IMG/VR virus record: IMGVR_UViG_3300046813_000058
Span: 1-63,647 of that record
Strand: one strand, 5' to 3'
Source of the DNA: a virus
Taxonomy: Duplodnaviria; Caudoviricetes
DNA: 63,647 bases
A program made the translations under genes and the position numbers. Positions 18,988 to 29,357 of this stretch are shown here, piece after piece (position 1 is the stretch's first letter; each line of letters opens with the position of its first letter). The notes below the pieces were generated by a model, which did no database searches, was not told the DNA's origin, and saw nothing but the letters and a program-made list of their open reading frames with translations.

Positions 18988-19167
18988 ATGGCGAACCTTC
19001 AAGAAATTTACGATGCGATCGTGCGCGCTTCGGATATCGTTCTCGGACCGAACGGGAAATCATATGGATGGTCCAAGGCGATCGCGGATACTGCGGTCGA
19101 ATTGATTGACATGCCCAGCGATGATCTCGGTCATGGACTGGAAGCGAACGCGAAGCGGGAGAAATAG
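18988..19167 (+). CDS. Small hypothetical protein (59 aa, not in ORF track)
   Basis: MANLQEIYDAIVRASDIVLG... starts 6 nt after -10. Confidence 0.55.
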   Translation: MANLQEIYDAIVRASDIVLGPNGKSYGWSKAIADTAVELIDMPSDDLGHGLEANAKREK

Positions 19168-19170
19168 GGC

Positions 19171-19428
19171 ATGAAAGACCTCGATGACGGACCGGACGGG
19201 CTCAACGATGCGGTGTTCGAGCGGATGCTTGGTGGTGGCCGGAAGCGCGCGCCGATACGCAGGACGACCCCGAAGGTCACGAAGACCTACGATGCGTTCT
19301 GCCGCCTCTGGCTCTCCTTCGGACCGTGCGCGACGGTCGACGCGAACCGCCGGGTGTCCGCCGCCGGGTACCACGCGACCATGGCACACTTCGCCGCGAC
19401 CGGCGCGAGCGATCCTCGGGTTCGATGA
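19171..19428 (+). CDS. Hypothetical protein
   Basis: GGGAG RBS; 3' region ambiguous. Confidence 0.4.
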   Translation: MKDLDDGPDGLNDAVFERMLGGGRKRAPIRRTTPKVTKTYDAFCRLWLSFGPCATVDANRRVSAAGYHATMAHFAATGASDPRVR

Positions 19429-19733
19429 CCGCGGCGGCGTCGGTCACGTCACGCTGGCTCAGACGCTCGGGCTGTTCGGGACCGATGGCCAGCCGCCTCC
19501 GAGCGCATGGCCGGAGCGCGACAATGGCGTCATCCCGTGGCTCGCCGACCTACAGCGCGAGCATCGACTGAAGACCAAGGCGTAGCTGCTGAATCCTCTT
19601 GACTCCGGCGGCTTGGTCTGTAGGCTTGACAACACTACGGCTGGTTTGGAGCACCAGACGGGAGCACGACAGGGGATGACCCTGGGCGAACGCAGCGCGG
19701 GCGACCCCGCGTGCACATCCCCAGGAGTCTCCC

Positions 19734-20780
19734 TTGTCCGTCGTCGCAACCGCACAAATCGCCAGCGCGCTGACCACGATCTTCGAGGATCGGATCGCGT
19801 CTCAGATCAACCGCGCCACGGTGCTGCTGCAGGTGCTGCCCGTCGGCAACGGCACCACCGGCAAGAACATCACGTGGGCCGCTCGGTTCGGGACTGCGGT
19901 CGGCGCTGCGCGCGCCGAGGGCGCGGACGTCACTACGTTCGACAACGATGACAAGATCCCGGCCTCGCTGGAGTTCGGGACCTACGACACGTCGTTCTCG
20001 GTCACCGGGAAGGCGATGGCGATGGCGGCGGCGGCCAAGAACCCCGACGAGATCGCCAACCTCTTCGTGGACGAGCTCGGTGACAGCGTCGAGCGCCTCG
20101 CCAAGGGCGTGGGACAGGACCTGTGGTCCGGCTCGGGCGCGGCCAACTTCATCTTCGGCCTGCTCGCCACCGGCGGCCCGCTGTCGAACACCGGCACGTA
20201 CGCGGGGATCGACCGCGGAGTGCGGGCGCAGTGGCAGAGCAACGTGTCGGCGAACGGCGGCGTCGGGCGCGCGCTGACCTTCGACGTGATGCGCGGGCTG
20301 CGCACGCAGATCTACCGCGCGAGCGGCGTCAAGCCCGACCTGATCATCACCACCCCCGAGCTGTACAACAAGTACGGCACCCTGTTCGGTCAGCAGCGCC
20401 GGTACGTGACCGACATCCGGCTCCGCGGCCAGCAGATCGTGCTCGACGGTGGCTTCACCATGCTGGAGTTCGACGGTGTCCCGATCCTCGAGGATGTCGA
20501 CTGCCCGACCGGCAACATGGTCATGCTGAGCACGGCTTGCGTGCGCGTGCTGCAGCTGCCCGACCAGGTCAGCATGGCCAACCAGTCGATGGCGATGATC
20601 GCCGTCGCCGGCACGCCGGAGGAGCAGCTGGGCCAGCCGACCGGCAAGCTCACCGCGCGCATCCACCCGCTCGGCCCCAAGGGTGACGCGTACCCGTTCC
20701 AGCTGATCATCTACCCCCAGTTGCAGTGCCGGCATCCGTTCCGGTGCGGCGTGATCAAGGACCTCGACGCCGCGCTGTGA
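19734..20780 (+). CDS. Major capsid protein (HK97-fold)
   Basis: 348 aa, AGGAG RBS with TTG start; GIDR, KPDLIITT, GFTMLEFDGVPILEDVDCP. Confidence 0.85.
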   Translation: MSVVATAQIASALTTIFEDRIASQINRATVLLQVLPVGNGTTGKNITWAARFGTAVGAARAEGADVTTFDNDDKIPASLEFGTYDTSFSVTGKAMAMAAAAKNPDEIANLFVDELGDSVERLAKGVGQDLWSGSGAANFIFGLLATGGPLSNTGTYAGIDRGVRAQWQSNVSANGGVGRALTFDVMRGLRTQIYRASGVKPDLIITTPELYNKYGTLFGQQRRYVTDIRLRGQQIVLDGGFTMLEFDGVPILEDVDCPTGNMVMLSTACVRVLQLPDQVSMANQSMAMIAVAGTPEEQLGQPTGKLTARIHPLGPKGDAYPFQLIIYPQLQCRHPFRCGVIKDLDAAL

Positions 20781-20851
20781 TCGTCGAGGCGCGTCGGCTC
20801 CGCGCCAGCCGACGTGCTCACCCCTGGCGCACGGCACAGGAGCAGCCGACC

Positions 20852-21484
20852 ATGCAGCAGCAACGCACCGAGAACGACATCGAGTTCGACCGCGCCGCCC
20901 GCGAGGGCGGGGACGTGCGGGTCTTCAACGTCTCGCCCTTCGACGCGCGGTTCGAGATCGCCACGGTCCCCGGCTCGCCGCCGCGGATGATCCGGCTCAA
21001 GCCCGGCGAGAGCACGTTGCTGCAGCGCGGCTACACCGTCGAGACCCAATCGATGGCCTCGAAGAACTACCGGCTGCCGCCGGCGATCGAGGTCAACACG
21101 ATGCGCGAGGCGTGGCCGGGCAAGCGCACGATCAAGTCCGGCGTCGAGACCTGGCACGTCCAGCCCGGACCGCGCCTGCCGATGGTCGTGAGCGAGTTCC
21201 GCGCCGCCGAGGTCAAGGCCCAGTGGGAGGCGGCGATGATGGAGCGCTCCGAGGCCGAGCGCGCGCCGATGCGCCTCGTCATGCAGCGCACCGACGGGAC
21301 CGCGGTCGAGGTCGAGGCCGCGGTCGAGAGCGTGCCTGCGCCGCGCGCCAAGGCCGCAGCGGACGACACCGGCGTAGTGCAGATCCCCGACGACGACCCC
21401 GAGGACATGCCGACGCCGACCCTGCCCGCGGCGCAGCCCCCGGCCGCGCCCGCCAAGCCCGAGATCAAGAAGGCCGGCCGCTGA
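20852..21484 (+). CDS. Hypothetical virion-associated protein
   Basis: AGGAG RBS; follows capsid; Pro/Ala-rich tail. Confidence 0.6.
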   Translation: MQQQRTENDIEFDRAAREGGDVRVFNVSPFDARFEIATVPGSPPRMIRLKPGESTLLQRGYTVETQSMASKNYRLPPAIEVNTMREAWPGKRTIKSGVETWHVQPGPRLPMVVSEFRAAEVKAQWEAAMMERSEAERAPMRLVMQRTDGTAVEVEAAVESVPAPRAKAAADDTGVVQIPDDDPEDMPTPTLPAAQPPAAPAKPEIKKAGR

Positions 21485-21486
21485 TC

Positions 21487-21885
21487 ATGGCGTTCACCGG
21501 CGCCGAGAAGACGACCATCCGCGAGTACATGGGATGGAGCGCGCGTTTCGCGCAGTTCGACACGGCACTGGAGCGGGCCATGTCCGCGATCGAAACCATG
21601 CCCGACGACGAGGCGAAGGTGCGCGTGCACCTGACCGAGCTGGCGCGCATCGACGCCGCGCTGGTCGCCTGCGAAGTCCGGTTCAAGGCGGACAAGGTCG
21701 GCAGCATCGAGCTGGCGCCGCGCGAGCTCAAGCAGCTCCGATCCCGCGGCGAGGAGCGACTCGGCCGGCTTGCGACCCTGCTCGGCGTCGAGGTCCGCAA
21801 CTCGCCCTTCCAGCCGAGCCTGCCCGCCTTCCGCTCGTCGTTCGGCGGCCCCACCGGAGGCGGCAACTCGCAGATGCAGGGCTGA
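21487..21885 (+). CDS. Putative head-tail adaptor
   Basis: MAFTGAEKTTIREYMG; KADKVGSIE; synteny. Confidence 0.55.
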   Translation: MAFTGAEKTTIREYMGWSARFAQFDTALERAMSAIETMPDDEAKVRVHLTELARIDAALVACEVRFKADKVGSIELAPRELKQLRSRGEERLGRLATLLGVEVRNSPFQPSLPAFRSSFGGPTGGGNSQMQG

Positions 21886-21975
21886 CCCGTTCCGCGTCGG
21901 GCGGTGGAGCATAACGCTCCAGTGCCTCCGCCGCCCGACGTTGGATCTACTGAGACCAGGAGCAACGAGGACCCC

Positions 21976-22704
21976 ATGACTACCGCCCAGTGCAGCTACG
22001 CACCATCCCTGATCTTCACGCTGAACGAAGCCACGGCGGCGCAGCTGACCTGGCAGTTTCACCTCGTCAAGAGCGCCGACTCGACCGACGCCACCGGCGT
22101 GGTTCCGGTGATGACGATCTCGAAGGCCGGTGGCGCGTTCGCCGCGGTCAACGCCGGGACCGCGATCACCGAGCTCACCAACGGGTGGTACAAGGTGGTC
22201 CACAACACGGCCGACTTCGACACGATCGGCGCGCTCGGCGTGCGGATCGCGGTCGCCACCGCGGACACGATCAACGTGTGCCACCAGGTGACCGCGCTGG
22301 ATCAGAACGTGGCCACGGTGAACCCCGGCGCAGGCGGGATCACCGCGGCGACGCTCGCCAGCGATGCGCTCGCGGCGATCAGCTCTCCGCTCTCGATCGT
22401 GAACAAGGTCTACGCGCTCACGGCCGACGGTGACACCGCGATCTCGATGCTCGAATGCCAGGACGCGGTGGTGACCGTGACCGGCACCTTCGGCTCGGGC
22501 ACGGTGCAGATGCAGACCACGGAGGATCCGACCGTGGTCTCCCCGGTCTGGACGAACCGCGGCTCGGGGATCACGAGCTCGAACGCGGCCACGCCGCTCA
22601 CGGTCGCGGGGCCGCACAACGCGATCCGCGCGCACCTCACGGGCTCGACCACGCCGGCGATCGCCATGACGATCACCCTTCGCAAGGCGTTCGCGCTGAT
22701 CTGA
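21976..22704 (+). CDS. Putative virion structural protein
   Basis: Thr/Ala-rich beta protein, ISKAGGAF...ELTNGWY. Confidence 0.55.
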   Translation: MTTAQCSYAPSLIFTLNEATAAQLTWQFHLVKSADSTDATGVVPVMTISKAGGAFAAVNAGTAITELTNGWYKVVHNTADFDTIGALGVRIAVATADTINVCHQVTALDQNVATVNPGAGGITAATLASDALAAISSPLSIVNKVYALTADGDTAISMLECQDAVVTVTGTFGSGTVQMQTTEDPTVVSPVWTNRGSGITSSNAATPLTVAGPHNAIRAHLTGSTTPAIAMTITLRKAFALI

Positions 22705-22705
22705 C

Positions 22706-23215
22706 ATGCCCGTCCCTGCCCTCATCGGTACCGCCACGCTGGATCCCGCGGTCCTCGTGGACTCGCTCGTGCCCGACCTGATCGACGGGCTGCGGGACGA
22801 GCTGCTGCCGTCGTTCGGCGTGCGCGCCTACCGCGTGTACCGGGTGGTGCGCACGTGGTCGGGCGGGGACATCGGCGAGGGCACGATGACCGACGTGGGC
22901 GCCGAGCTGCGGCCCCGGCCGCGGGTCAAGATCTGGGACGGGCTCAAGTACGTGCAGGCGGTCTGTGGCATCCGTGAGCTGGGCGACGTCAAGCTCACCG
23001 AGGTGTCGCTGACCTACAGCGACGCTGACCTGACCGGCCAGCCGCTCGACCCGCGGCGCCAGGAGATGTTCATCGCGATCGGCGAGGGCAACGGCCAGGG
23101 GTCGCCGGTCCGGCTGTGGGGGCACACGCAGCCCCCATTCATCGATCGCGAGGTCGACATGGGCTGGGTGCTCCACCTCCGCCGCGTGGAGGCCGCGCCG
23201 CCATGGCAACCGTGA
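22706..23215 (+). CDS. Putative head closure protein
   Basis: Size and synteny in neck module. Confidence 0.5.
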   Translation: MPVPALIGTATLDPAVLVDSLVPDLIDGLRDELLPSFGVRAYRVYRVVRTWSGGDIGEGTMTDVGAELRPRPRVKIWDGLKYVQAVCGIRELGDVKLTEVSLTYSDADLTGQPLDPRRQEMFIAIGEGNGQGSPVRLWGHTQPPFIDREVDMGWVLHLRRVEAAPPWQP

Positions 23216-23778
23216 TCGAGGTTCCGCTCAGCGGACTGGAGGCGGCGCTGGACCGCACCGAGCGCAAGGTGCGGCGGGCGATCGCGCGCGGCGCGCTGGC
23301 CGGCGCGCACCGGGGCCGGGCGGTGGTCGTCCGGGTGACGCCGGTCGACCTCGGGCCGATGAAAGCCGCGTGGAAGGTCAACCCGGGCACGGCCGACTTC
23401 GAGGGCGATCTTGACGGTGTGCTCGCCACGCTGGTCAACGACAGCCCAAACATCGCCGCGGTGGAGCTCGGTTCGCGCCCGCACCCGATGAGCCCGGAGG
23501 GTTGGACGGCGATCTACGAGTGGGTCCGCCGGCACTACCGGGGCGGCAAGCTCGGGGGCAAGGGCCGCATGCGGCCCCGCCTGGAGGCCACGGTCACGAT
23601 GCGGCCGTACCACGGCGAGGATCCGGTGATCAGCGAGGTCACGAACGCGATCGTGCATCGCATCGCGGTCAAGGGGACGCCGGCGCGGCTGTTCGTCAAG
23701 AACGCGCTGCCCGAGATCCGCCGGGTGATGATCGAAGAGCTCGAACGCGCACTCGCCAACGCGGAGAAACAGCCGTGA
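23203..23778 (+). CDS. HK97 gp10-like neck/tail completion protein
   Basis: TPVDLGPMKAAW, IAAVELGSRPH, KGTPARLFV. Confidence 0.75.
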   Translation: MATVIEVPLSGLEAALDRTERKVRRAIARGALAGAHRGRAVVVRVTPVDLGPMKAAWKVNPGTADFEGDLDGVLATLVNDSPNIAAVELGSRPHPMSPEGWTAIYEWVRRHYRGGKLGGKGRMRPRLEATVTMRPYHGEDPVISEVTNAIVHRIAVKGTPARLFVKNALPEIRRVMIEELERALANAEKQP

Positions 23779-24059
23779 GCGACGATCTCGACATCGGCGG
23801 TGGCGTGACGATCCGTCTCGACGAGGACGGCGGCGGACTGATCTGGCGTCACCCGGCGTGCCGCGCGCTGATCGACGGCTCATGGCAGACGCGTCTGCAG
23901 AGCGCCTGGATGACGCTGCGCTACCGACCCGATCCAGTGTCAACGGGTCACGTGCTCGTTGCGCCGTGGCCGAACCTGACGATCGAGGGCTCGCTGCTGT
24001 GCCCGGCGGGCTGCGGCAAGCACGGGTTCATCCGCGGCGGACGGTGGGTGGAATCATGA
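23775..24059 (+). CDS. DUF6527-like small protein
   Basis: PNLTIEGSLLCPAGCGKHGFIRGGRW. Confidence 0.6.
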   Translation: MSDDLDIGGGVTIRLDEDGGGLIWRHPACRALIDGSWQTRLQSAWMTLRYRPDPVSTGHVLVAPWPNLTIEGSLLCPAGCGKHGFIRGGRWVES

Positions 24060-24685
24060 CGGTCCCGTGCATCGTGCGGATCGACGCGCTCGAGGCGTTC
24101 ACCGCGTTCGTCGAGGCCAACATCCCCGCGCTCGTGGGCCGCACGTGCGCCGGCCAGGCGCCGAGCGGCGAGCTGGAGAAGGTGCCGAACCTGTCGATCG
24201 AGCCCAGCAAATGGCTCTACAACGCGGATACCGTCGAGGCCGTGCGATCGCTCCCCGGCAACGTGCTGGTCTACCAGGTGGGATGGCACGAAGCCGCGTG
24301 CGTGATCTCGATCATCGCGTCCTCGCCGCGGCAGCGCGCCGTGCTCGAGGCGCAGGTGCTCGACCTGTTCCTGAGCTCCAAGCACCCGGTCAGCGGCATG
24401 CACCAGCCGGGGATCCTGGTGTTCACGGTAACCGCCTGCCCCGAGGTCGGCGACTGGACCACCTATTTCGACCTCGACGAGGATCAGTGGGTCGAGACCC
24501 TGGCGCTCGACCGCCGGTACGAGAGCCGGATCCAGGTCGACGTCGCAGTGCCGGCCCTGACGATCGACGCGCCTGTGTACACGATCGAAACGCTGATCCT
24601 CGGCGTCGCGGGCGACTCGACGTCCTCGGCTGGCCCGGTCCAGCTGGTCAGCATCAACGCCGACGGGACGCTTTCGCCCGCGTAG
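24056..24685 (+). CDS. Putative tail terminator
   Basis: Immediately upstream of sheath. Confidence 0.55.
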   Translation: MTVPCIVRIDALEAFTAFVEANIPALVGRTCAGQAPSGELEKVPNLSIEPSKWLYNADTVEAVRSLPGNVLVYQVGWHEAACVISIIASSPRQRAVLEAQVLDLFLSSKHPVSGMHQPGILVFTVTACPEVGDWTTYFDLDEDQWVETLALDRRYESRIQVDVAVPALTIDAPVYTIETLILGVAGDSTSSAGPVQLVSINADGTLSPA

Positions 24686-24692
24686 GAGACCC

Positions 24693-26249
24693 ATGAGCAC
24701 CGATGTGATTTTCAGTACGAATCCCGCCGACTACGCGAAGCTCGAGGCGCTCTACGTCGCCGAGCGTGGCCCGTCCGGGTTCATCCGCGGGGCCGACTTC
24801 TCGATCACCGGCCTCGCGGGCAAGTGCGTTCGCGGCCCCGATGCGCCGCAGACGATCACGAACGTCGGCGACTTCGTGAACATCTACGGCACGCGCGACC
24901 AGGGCTCGGGCGGGACGCTGGTCGGCGAGGTCTGGAAGGCGCTGCTGAACAAGTCCTTTGGGACGCTCGTGGTCCAGCGTGTCCGCGCAAGCGACGCGGT
25001 CAAGGCGTCGTTCACGCTCGAGAACACGGCGGGCGGCGGCGGGACCGCCGTGCTCCGGATCGACGCGTCGAGCGTCGGCGCCTGGGGATCGCTGGTCGGC
25101 TGGTCGGTCACCGCGGCGACCTCGGCGATCAGCACGCAGTTCAACCTGACGATCAAGTATCTCAACAAGCAGATCGTCTACCAGAACGTCGACATCTCGA
25201 CCGGCGTGGACAACACCGCCGCGCTCGTGGGCTCGGATAATGCGCGTCTGGTCGATCTCGTGAAGCTGGCCGACGGCCGGCCGAACAACAGCGCTTCCGG
25301 CGTGGACGGCGCCGACACCAGCGGGTTTACCCTGCTGGGGCAAACCGTCGCCGCGTACACCTCCGTGGCCGGTTCCGATGGCACGCTCACGGTCACCGAC
25401 TACAACACCGCAGTGAACACGCTCGCGGTGTTCCCGGACGTCCGGTGCGTGCTCGTGCCGGAGATCGTGACCGGCTCGGCGGCGACGTTCCACTCGAACC
25501 TCGTCACGCTGAGCTCGCAGGTCTCCGATCGGGTGTTCCTCACCTGGAGCCAGACCCACGGCCAGAGCGTGAGCACCGAGGTCACGCAGGTGGGCACGCA
25601 GATCACCACGCGGAGCGACCGCATCGTGTGGTGCTACAACAGCCCGTTTACGATCGACCCGACGACGAGCCAGGAGATGCAGACCGCTCCGCACGTCTGG
25701 CTCGCGTCGATCATGTCCCAGGTCGACGTGGATATTCACGCCGGCTCGTTCCAGACGGTGGCGCTACTCGCCGGCATCGAGCGCGTCACGAACACCACGC
25801 TCTCCGTGCCCGACCTCCGCGCGCTCAAGGCGGCCGGCATCTCGACGCTCGAGCGCACCAGCGACGGGTTCCAGTTCCGCTCGGTGGTCACCACCAACCT
25901 CTCGTCAGGCCGCACCGAGCTGGCGCGGCGCCGCATGGCCGACTTCCTCCAGCTGTCGGCTGCGACTCGCCTGCGGACCTACGTCAAGGGCAAGAACACC
26001 CCGGAGATCCGCGCGCTCATGGGCGCCGAGCTCACCGCGTTCTCGCTCGGGCTGATGCTCGCCTCGCGCGTCATCGACCGCTCGCCCGACGGTGGCAACG
26101 GGTTCAGCGTCGACCAGGTCAGCGTGAATACGCCGGCGCAGCGCGCGCAGGGGGAGGAGCACATCCTCTGGCGGGTCAAGCTCATCGGCCACATGCTCGC
26201 CGTCGTGCTCGACACCGATATCGCCACCGGCACCGTGATCCAGCAATAA
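24693..26249 (+). CDS. Contractile tail sheath protein
   Basis: 518 aa; GKCVRGP, FVNIYG, LKAAGISTL, RRRMADF..., KGKNTPE. Confidence 0.9.
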   Translation: MSTDVIFSTNPADYAKLEALYVAERGPSGFIRGADFSITGLAGKCVRGPDAPQTITNVGDFVNIYGTRDQGSGGTLVGEVWKALLNKSFGTLVVQRVRASDAVKASFTLENTAGGGGTAVLRIDASSVGAWGSLVGWSVTAATSAISTQFNLTIKYLNKQIVYQNVDISTGVDNTAALVGSDNARLVDLVKLADGRPNNSASGVDGADTSGFTLLGQTVAAYTSVAGSDGTLTVTDYNTAVNTLAVFPDVRCVLVPEIVTGSAATFHSNLVTLSSQVSDRVFLTWSQTHGQSVSTEVTQVGTQITTRSDRIVWCYNSPFTIDPTTSQEMQTAPHVWLASIMSQVDVDIHAGSFQTVALLAGIERVTNTTLSVPDLRALKAAGISTLERTSDGFQFRSVVTTNLSSGRTELARRRMADFLQLSAATRLRTYVKGKNTPEIRALMGAELTAFSLGLMLASRVIDRSPDGGNGFSVDQVSVNTPAQRAQGEEHILWRVKLIGHMLAVVLDTDIATGTVIQQ

Positions 26250-26263
26250 CAGGAGCAATCGCA

Positions 26264-26707
26264 ATGAGTTCCAAGACGCGTGGCAGGTCAGCGAACATCC
26301 GGATCACCGCGGACGGAGACCTGCAACAGGGCTCGATGATCAAGGTGCGCGACTTCACCGCGACGCCGCGCTCGACCATCGACGAGGACGACTACCTTGG
26401 CGAGGACGAGACGGACCTCGACTTCCAGCACCACGGGTGGGATGTCGGGCTCTCGATCGACACGATCGACGACGCGAGCATCAACTACGTCGACGACATG
26501 ATCACCCGATTCCAGAAGCACCAGCGACCGGCCGACATTACGATGACGGTGATCTACACGTTCGCCGATCCGTCGATCCCGGGCCGCACGGCGCTGTTCC
26601 ACATCGGGTTCCTCAAGCAGGACGAGGAGAGCTTCGGTGGCCGCAAGGAGGTCATCAAAGGGAAGTACAGCGGCAAGTTCAAGCGGCGCGAGCTGCTGAA
26701 CGCCTGA
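26264..26707 (+). CDS. Tail tube protein
   Basis: AGGAG RBS; 147 aa directly after sheath. Confidence 0.8.
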   Translation: MSSKTRGRSANIRITADGDLQQGSMIKVRDFTATPRSTIDEDDYLGEDETDLDFQHHGWDVGLSIDTIDDASINYVDDMITRFQKHQRPADITMTVIYTFADPSIPGRTALFHIGFLKQDEESFGGRKEVIKGKYSGKFKRRELLNA

Positions 26708-26749
26708 CCGAGCCGGCGCGGATTCGCCGGCAAGCACAGGAGCAAGCAC

Positions 26750-27262
26750 ATGGAGCAACCACGGAACGACGCGCTCGAGATGTTCGAGCGCGAGCTGCGG
26801 CAGCGATTTCCGCTGCCCTGGCCCATCAAGCAGTACGTTCTCCCCAAGCAGGTCACCGAGTGCGCCGAGATCTTCGTGCGCGAGCTCAAAAGCCGCGACG
26901 TCATCGCCGCCGCGGAGATGGCGGACGCGCTCATGACGACGATGCAGAAGTCCAGCCAGAAGCTGTCGCGCGAGGCGGAGGAGCGCGAGTGCATCCGGAT
27001 CGCGATCGTCGGGCTCGGCGCGCGGTTGGAGGATGGCAGCATCGCCTACCGGCACGTGAACAACACCGGCGCGCCGCTCGCCGAGATCAACGACTGGGGC
27101 AAGCGCGTGTGGGACGCGCTCGCCATGTACTACAACGACGTGAACGGGCTGCCGGCGGAGGAGTTCTTCGAGGGGCTGAGAGGGGCTCGGACCGTGGGCG
27201 TGTCCGCGCCTCGGACCGACGGGATCCCCGCCAACGCCTTGCCTGGGAGGCTCGCCGGCTAG
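26750..27262 (+). CDS. Tail assembly chaperone
   Basis: Between tube and tape measure; AGGAG RBS. Confidence 0.7.
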   Translation: MEQPRNDALEMFERELRQRFPLPWPIKQYVLPKQVTECAEIFVRELKSRDVIAAAEMADALMTTMQKSSQKLSREAEERECIRIAIVGLGARLEDGSIAYRHVNNTGAPLAEINDWGKRVWDALAMYYNDVNGLPAEEFFEGLRGARTVGVSAPRTDGIPANALPGRLAG

Positions 27263-27425
27263 TCTGGAAGGAATACACGCGCGCCTACTATCACGGGTGG
27301 CCCGGCTCGTATGAGGACTACCTGGACATGCGACTGACCGACCGATACCTGGCTAACGAGGAGCTGACCGACCTGATCGAGCGCGCGAATGAGGCGGGGA
27401 GCAGCAGACCGCAAGACGACCGACG

Positions 27426-29357
27426 ATGAGTGGTGAGACCATCTACAACGTAGGGATCCGGTACGCGGTCGACAACCGCGGCGGCCGGACGGGCACGCAA
27501 GAGCTCAAAGGCGACGTGCGCCAGCTCGAGCGCGCGAACAAAGACGCGGCGATGTCGTTCGGGATCCTCGGCGCGGCGGCGGCGGCAGGGCTTGCCCTCG
27601 GACTCGGCGAGGCCAAGAAGCACCTGATCGACTTCAACGCGAACGTGCAGAACGCGAAGATCGGCCTCTCCGCGATGCTCCAGGGCAACCTCGGCGGCTC
27701 GTGGGAGCAGGCGACGGAGAACGCGAACAGGCTCTACCTCGAGTTCCAGAAGTTCTCCACGGAGACCCCGGTCACCACGCAGGAGATCCTGACCTTCGGC
27801 AAGGCGGTGGCGGTCGCCACGTTCCAGGCCGGCGGCAGCATCAAGGACATGACGACGATCACCGAAAAGGGGGTGATCGCCGCGAAGGCGTTCGGCTACG
27901 AGTCCGCGTACACGGCGCTTGAGATCTCCGAGATGCTCAGCGGCAACGTGTCGGTCCGCATGATGTTCGCCAAGCAGATGCTCGGCATGGCGCACGTGAC
28001 CATGGAGGAGTTCCGCCAGATGGGCGCCGGGAAGCGGCTCCAGCTAGTCCGCGCCACGCTCGACAGCGAGGCGATGAAGAACGCCCAAGCCGAATTTGCC
28101 ACGAGCTGGACCGGCGTCACCTCGACGCTCGAGGACAAGCTGCAGATCGGCCTCGGCGCGGTCGGGCTGCCCTTGTTTAAGGCCGCGACCGCGGAGATCC
28201 AACGATGGAACGTCTGGCTCTCCGCGAACGAGCACAAGGTCGCAAATATCGCGCACTCCATCGGCGACGGCATCGCGAAGGGGTTCGGCGTGATGAAGGA
28301 CGCCGTCGGGTTCCTCGTCGAGCACCGCGAGGCGCTCATGACGATGGGGAAGATCTGGCTGGCCGTGAAGGTGGCCGGCGTGCTCGGCGGCCGTGCGACC
28401 GAGGGTGGGACCAACCTGGCATCGCGCGGCTCGTCGCTCATGGCGTGGGGTCGCGGCGCGCGCGACAGCTACGACGAAAACGGCAACTACGTGTACCAGT
28501 CGGCCGGCGCTGGGCGGCAGAACGTCGGCATGAAGGGCGCGCTGGCGAACGCGAACCTGCTCGCGCAGTCGCTCGCGCTCGGCTACGCGTTCGGCTCTAT
28601 CCTCAATGAGGCGCTCGGCGCGTCGCACGCGCTGTCCACGCTGGCGCTCGACAAGACGAGCAAGCAGTTCGAGCTGCTCACCAAGGCGTCCGACACGCTC
28701 ACGCAGGCGATGGAGCGCGCGGCGGATGCGGCTCCAAAGAAGGCCGCGGCCGAGAACAACCTCCAGGCGGCGATCGATCTCTACAAGCAGAGGGCGAACC
28801 TCGCCGGCGACGCCTTGCGCGGTCCGATGCGTCGCGACCGCGAGGGCAACGAATTCGCGGGCGACGTCATGATCGCGAAGATGAAGGAGCTCGAGGCGAT
28901 GGGGGTCGGGGACGACGAGATCAACAAGGCCGGCGGACTGAAGGCGTACGCGCAGGCGCAGCTCGAGCGGGCGAACCAGCTCCAGGCGCAGAAAGACGCC
29001 ATGGTGGCGACCGGCGCCGACGCGTGGGAGCTCGGCTTGATGACGCTCACCGACTACCAGCGGCAGACGCTCGACACGGCCAAGGCCCAGCAGGACATCC
29101 TGACCTACATCAACCGCTCGCTGACCAGCGGGATCGCGATCTCCCCGGCGGCCATCACCGCGATCCTGCGGGCCGACACCGAGGACCCCACCGGCAAGCA
29201 CAAGGCGATCGCCGACAAGCCGAACGTGAGCGTGCACATCGCGCGCATCGAGGTGCAGAGCGACGACCCGGATCGCATCGCGTTCGAGCTCATCGAGCAG
29301 TTCCGCGACGCGGCCAAGAACCCCTCGAGCGCGTGGCACGCGATCCGTGAGGGATGA
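27426..29357 (+). CDS. Tape measure protein
   Basis: Ala-rich helical 643 aa; FSTETPVTTQEI, ATSWTGVTSTLED. Confidence 0.9.
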   Translation: MSGETIYNVGIRYAVDNRGGRTGTQELKGDVRQLERANKDAAMSFGILGAAAAAGLALGLGEAKKHLIDFNANVQNAKIGLSAMLQGNLGGSWEQATENANRLYLEFQKFSTETPVTTQEILTFGKAVAVATFQAGGSIKDMTTITEKGVIAAKAFGYESAYTALEISEMLSGNVSVRMMFAKQMLGMAHVTMEEFRQMGAGKRLQLVRATLDSEAMKNAQAEFATSWTGVTSTLEDKLQIGLGAVGLPLFKAATAEIQRWNVWLSANEHKVANIAHSIGDGIAKGFGVMKDAVGFLVEHREALMTMGKIWLAVKVAGVLGGRATEGGTNLASRGSSLMAWGRGARDSYDENGNYVYQSAGAGRQNVGMKGALANANLLAQSLALGYAFGSILNEALGASHALSTLALDKTSKQFELLTKASDTLTQAMERAADAAPKKAAAENNLQAAIDLYKQRANLAGDALRGPMRRDREGNEFAGDVMIAKMKELEAMGVGDDEINKAGGLKAYAQAQLERANQLQAQKDAMVATGADAWELGLMTLTDYQRQTLDTAKAQQDILTYINRSLTSGIAISPAAITAILRADTEDPTGKHKAIADKPNVSVHIARIEVQSDDPDRIAFELIEQFRDAAKNPSSAWHAIREG

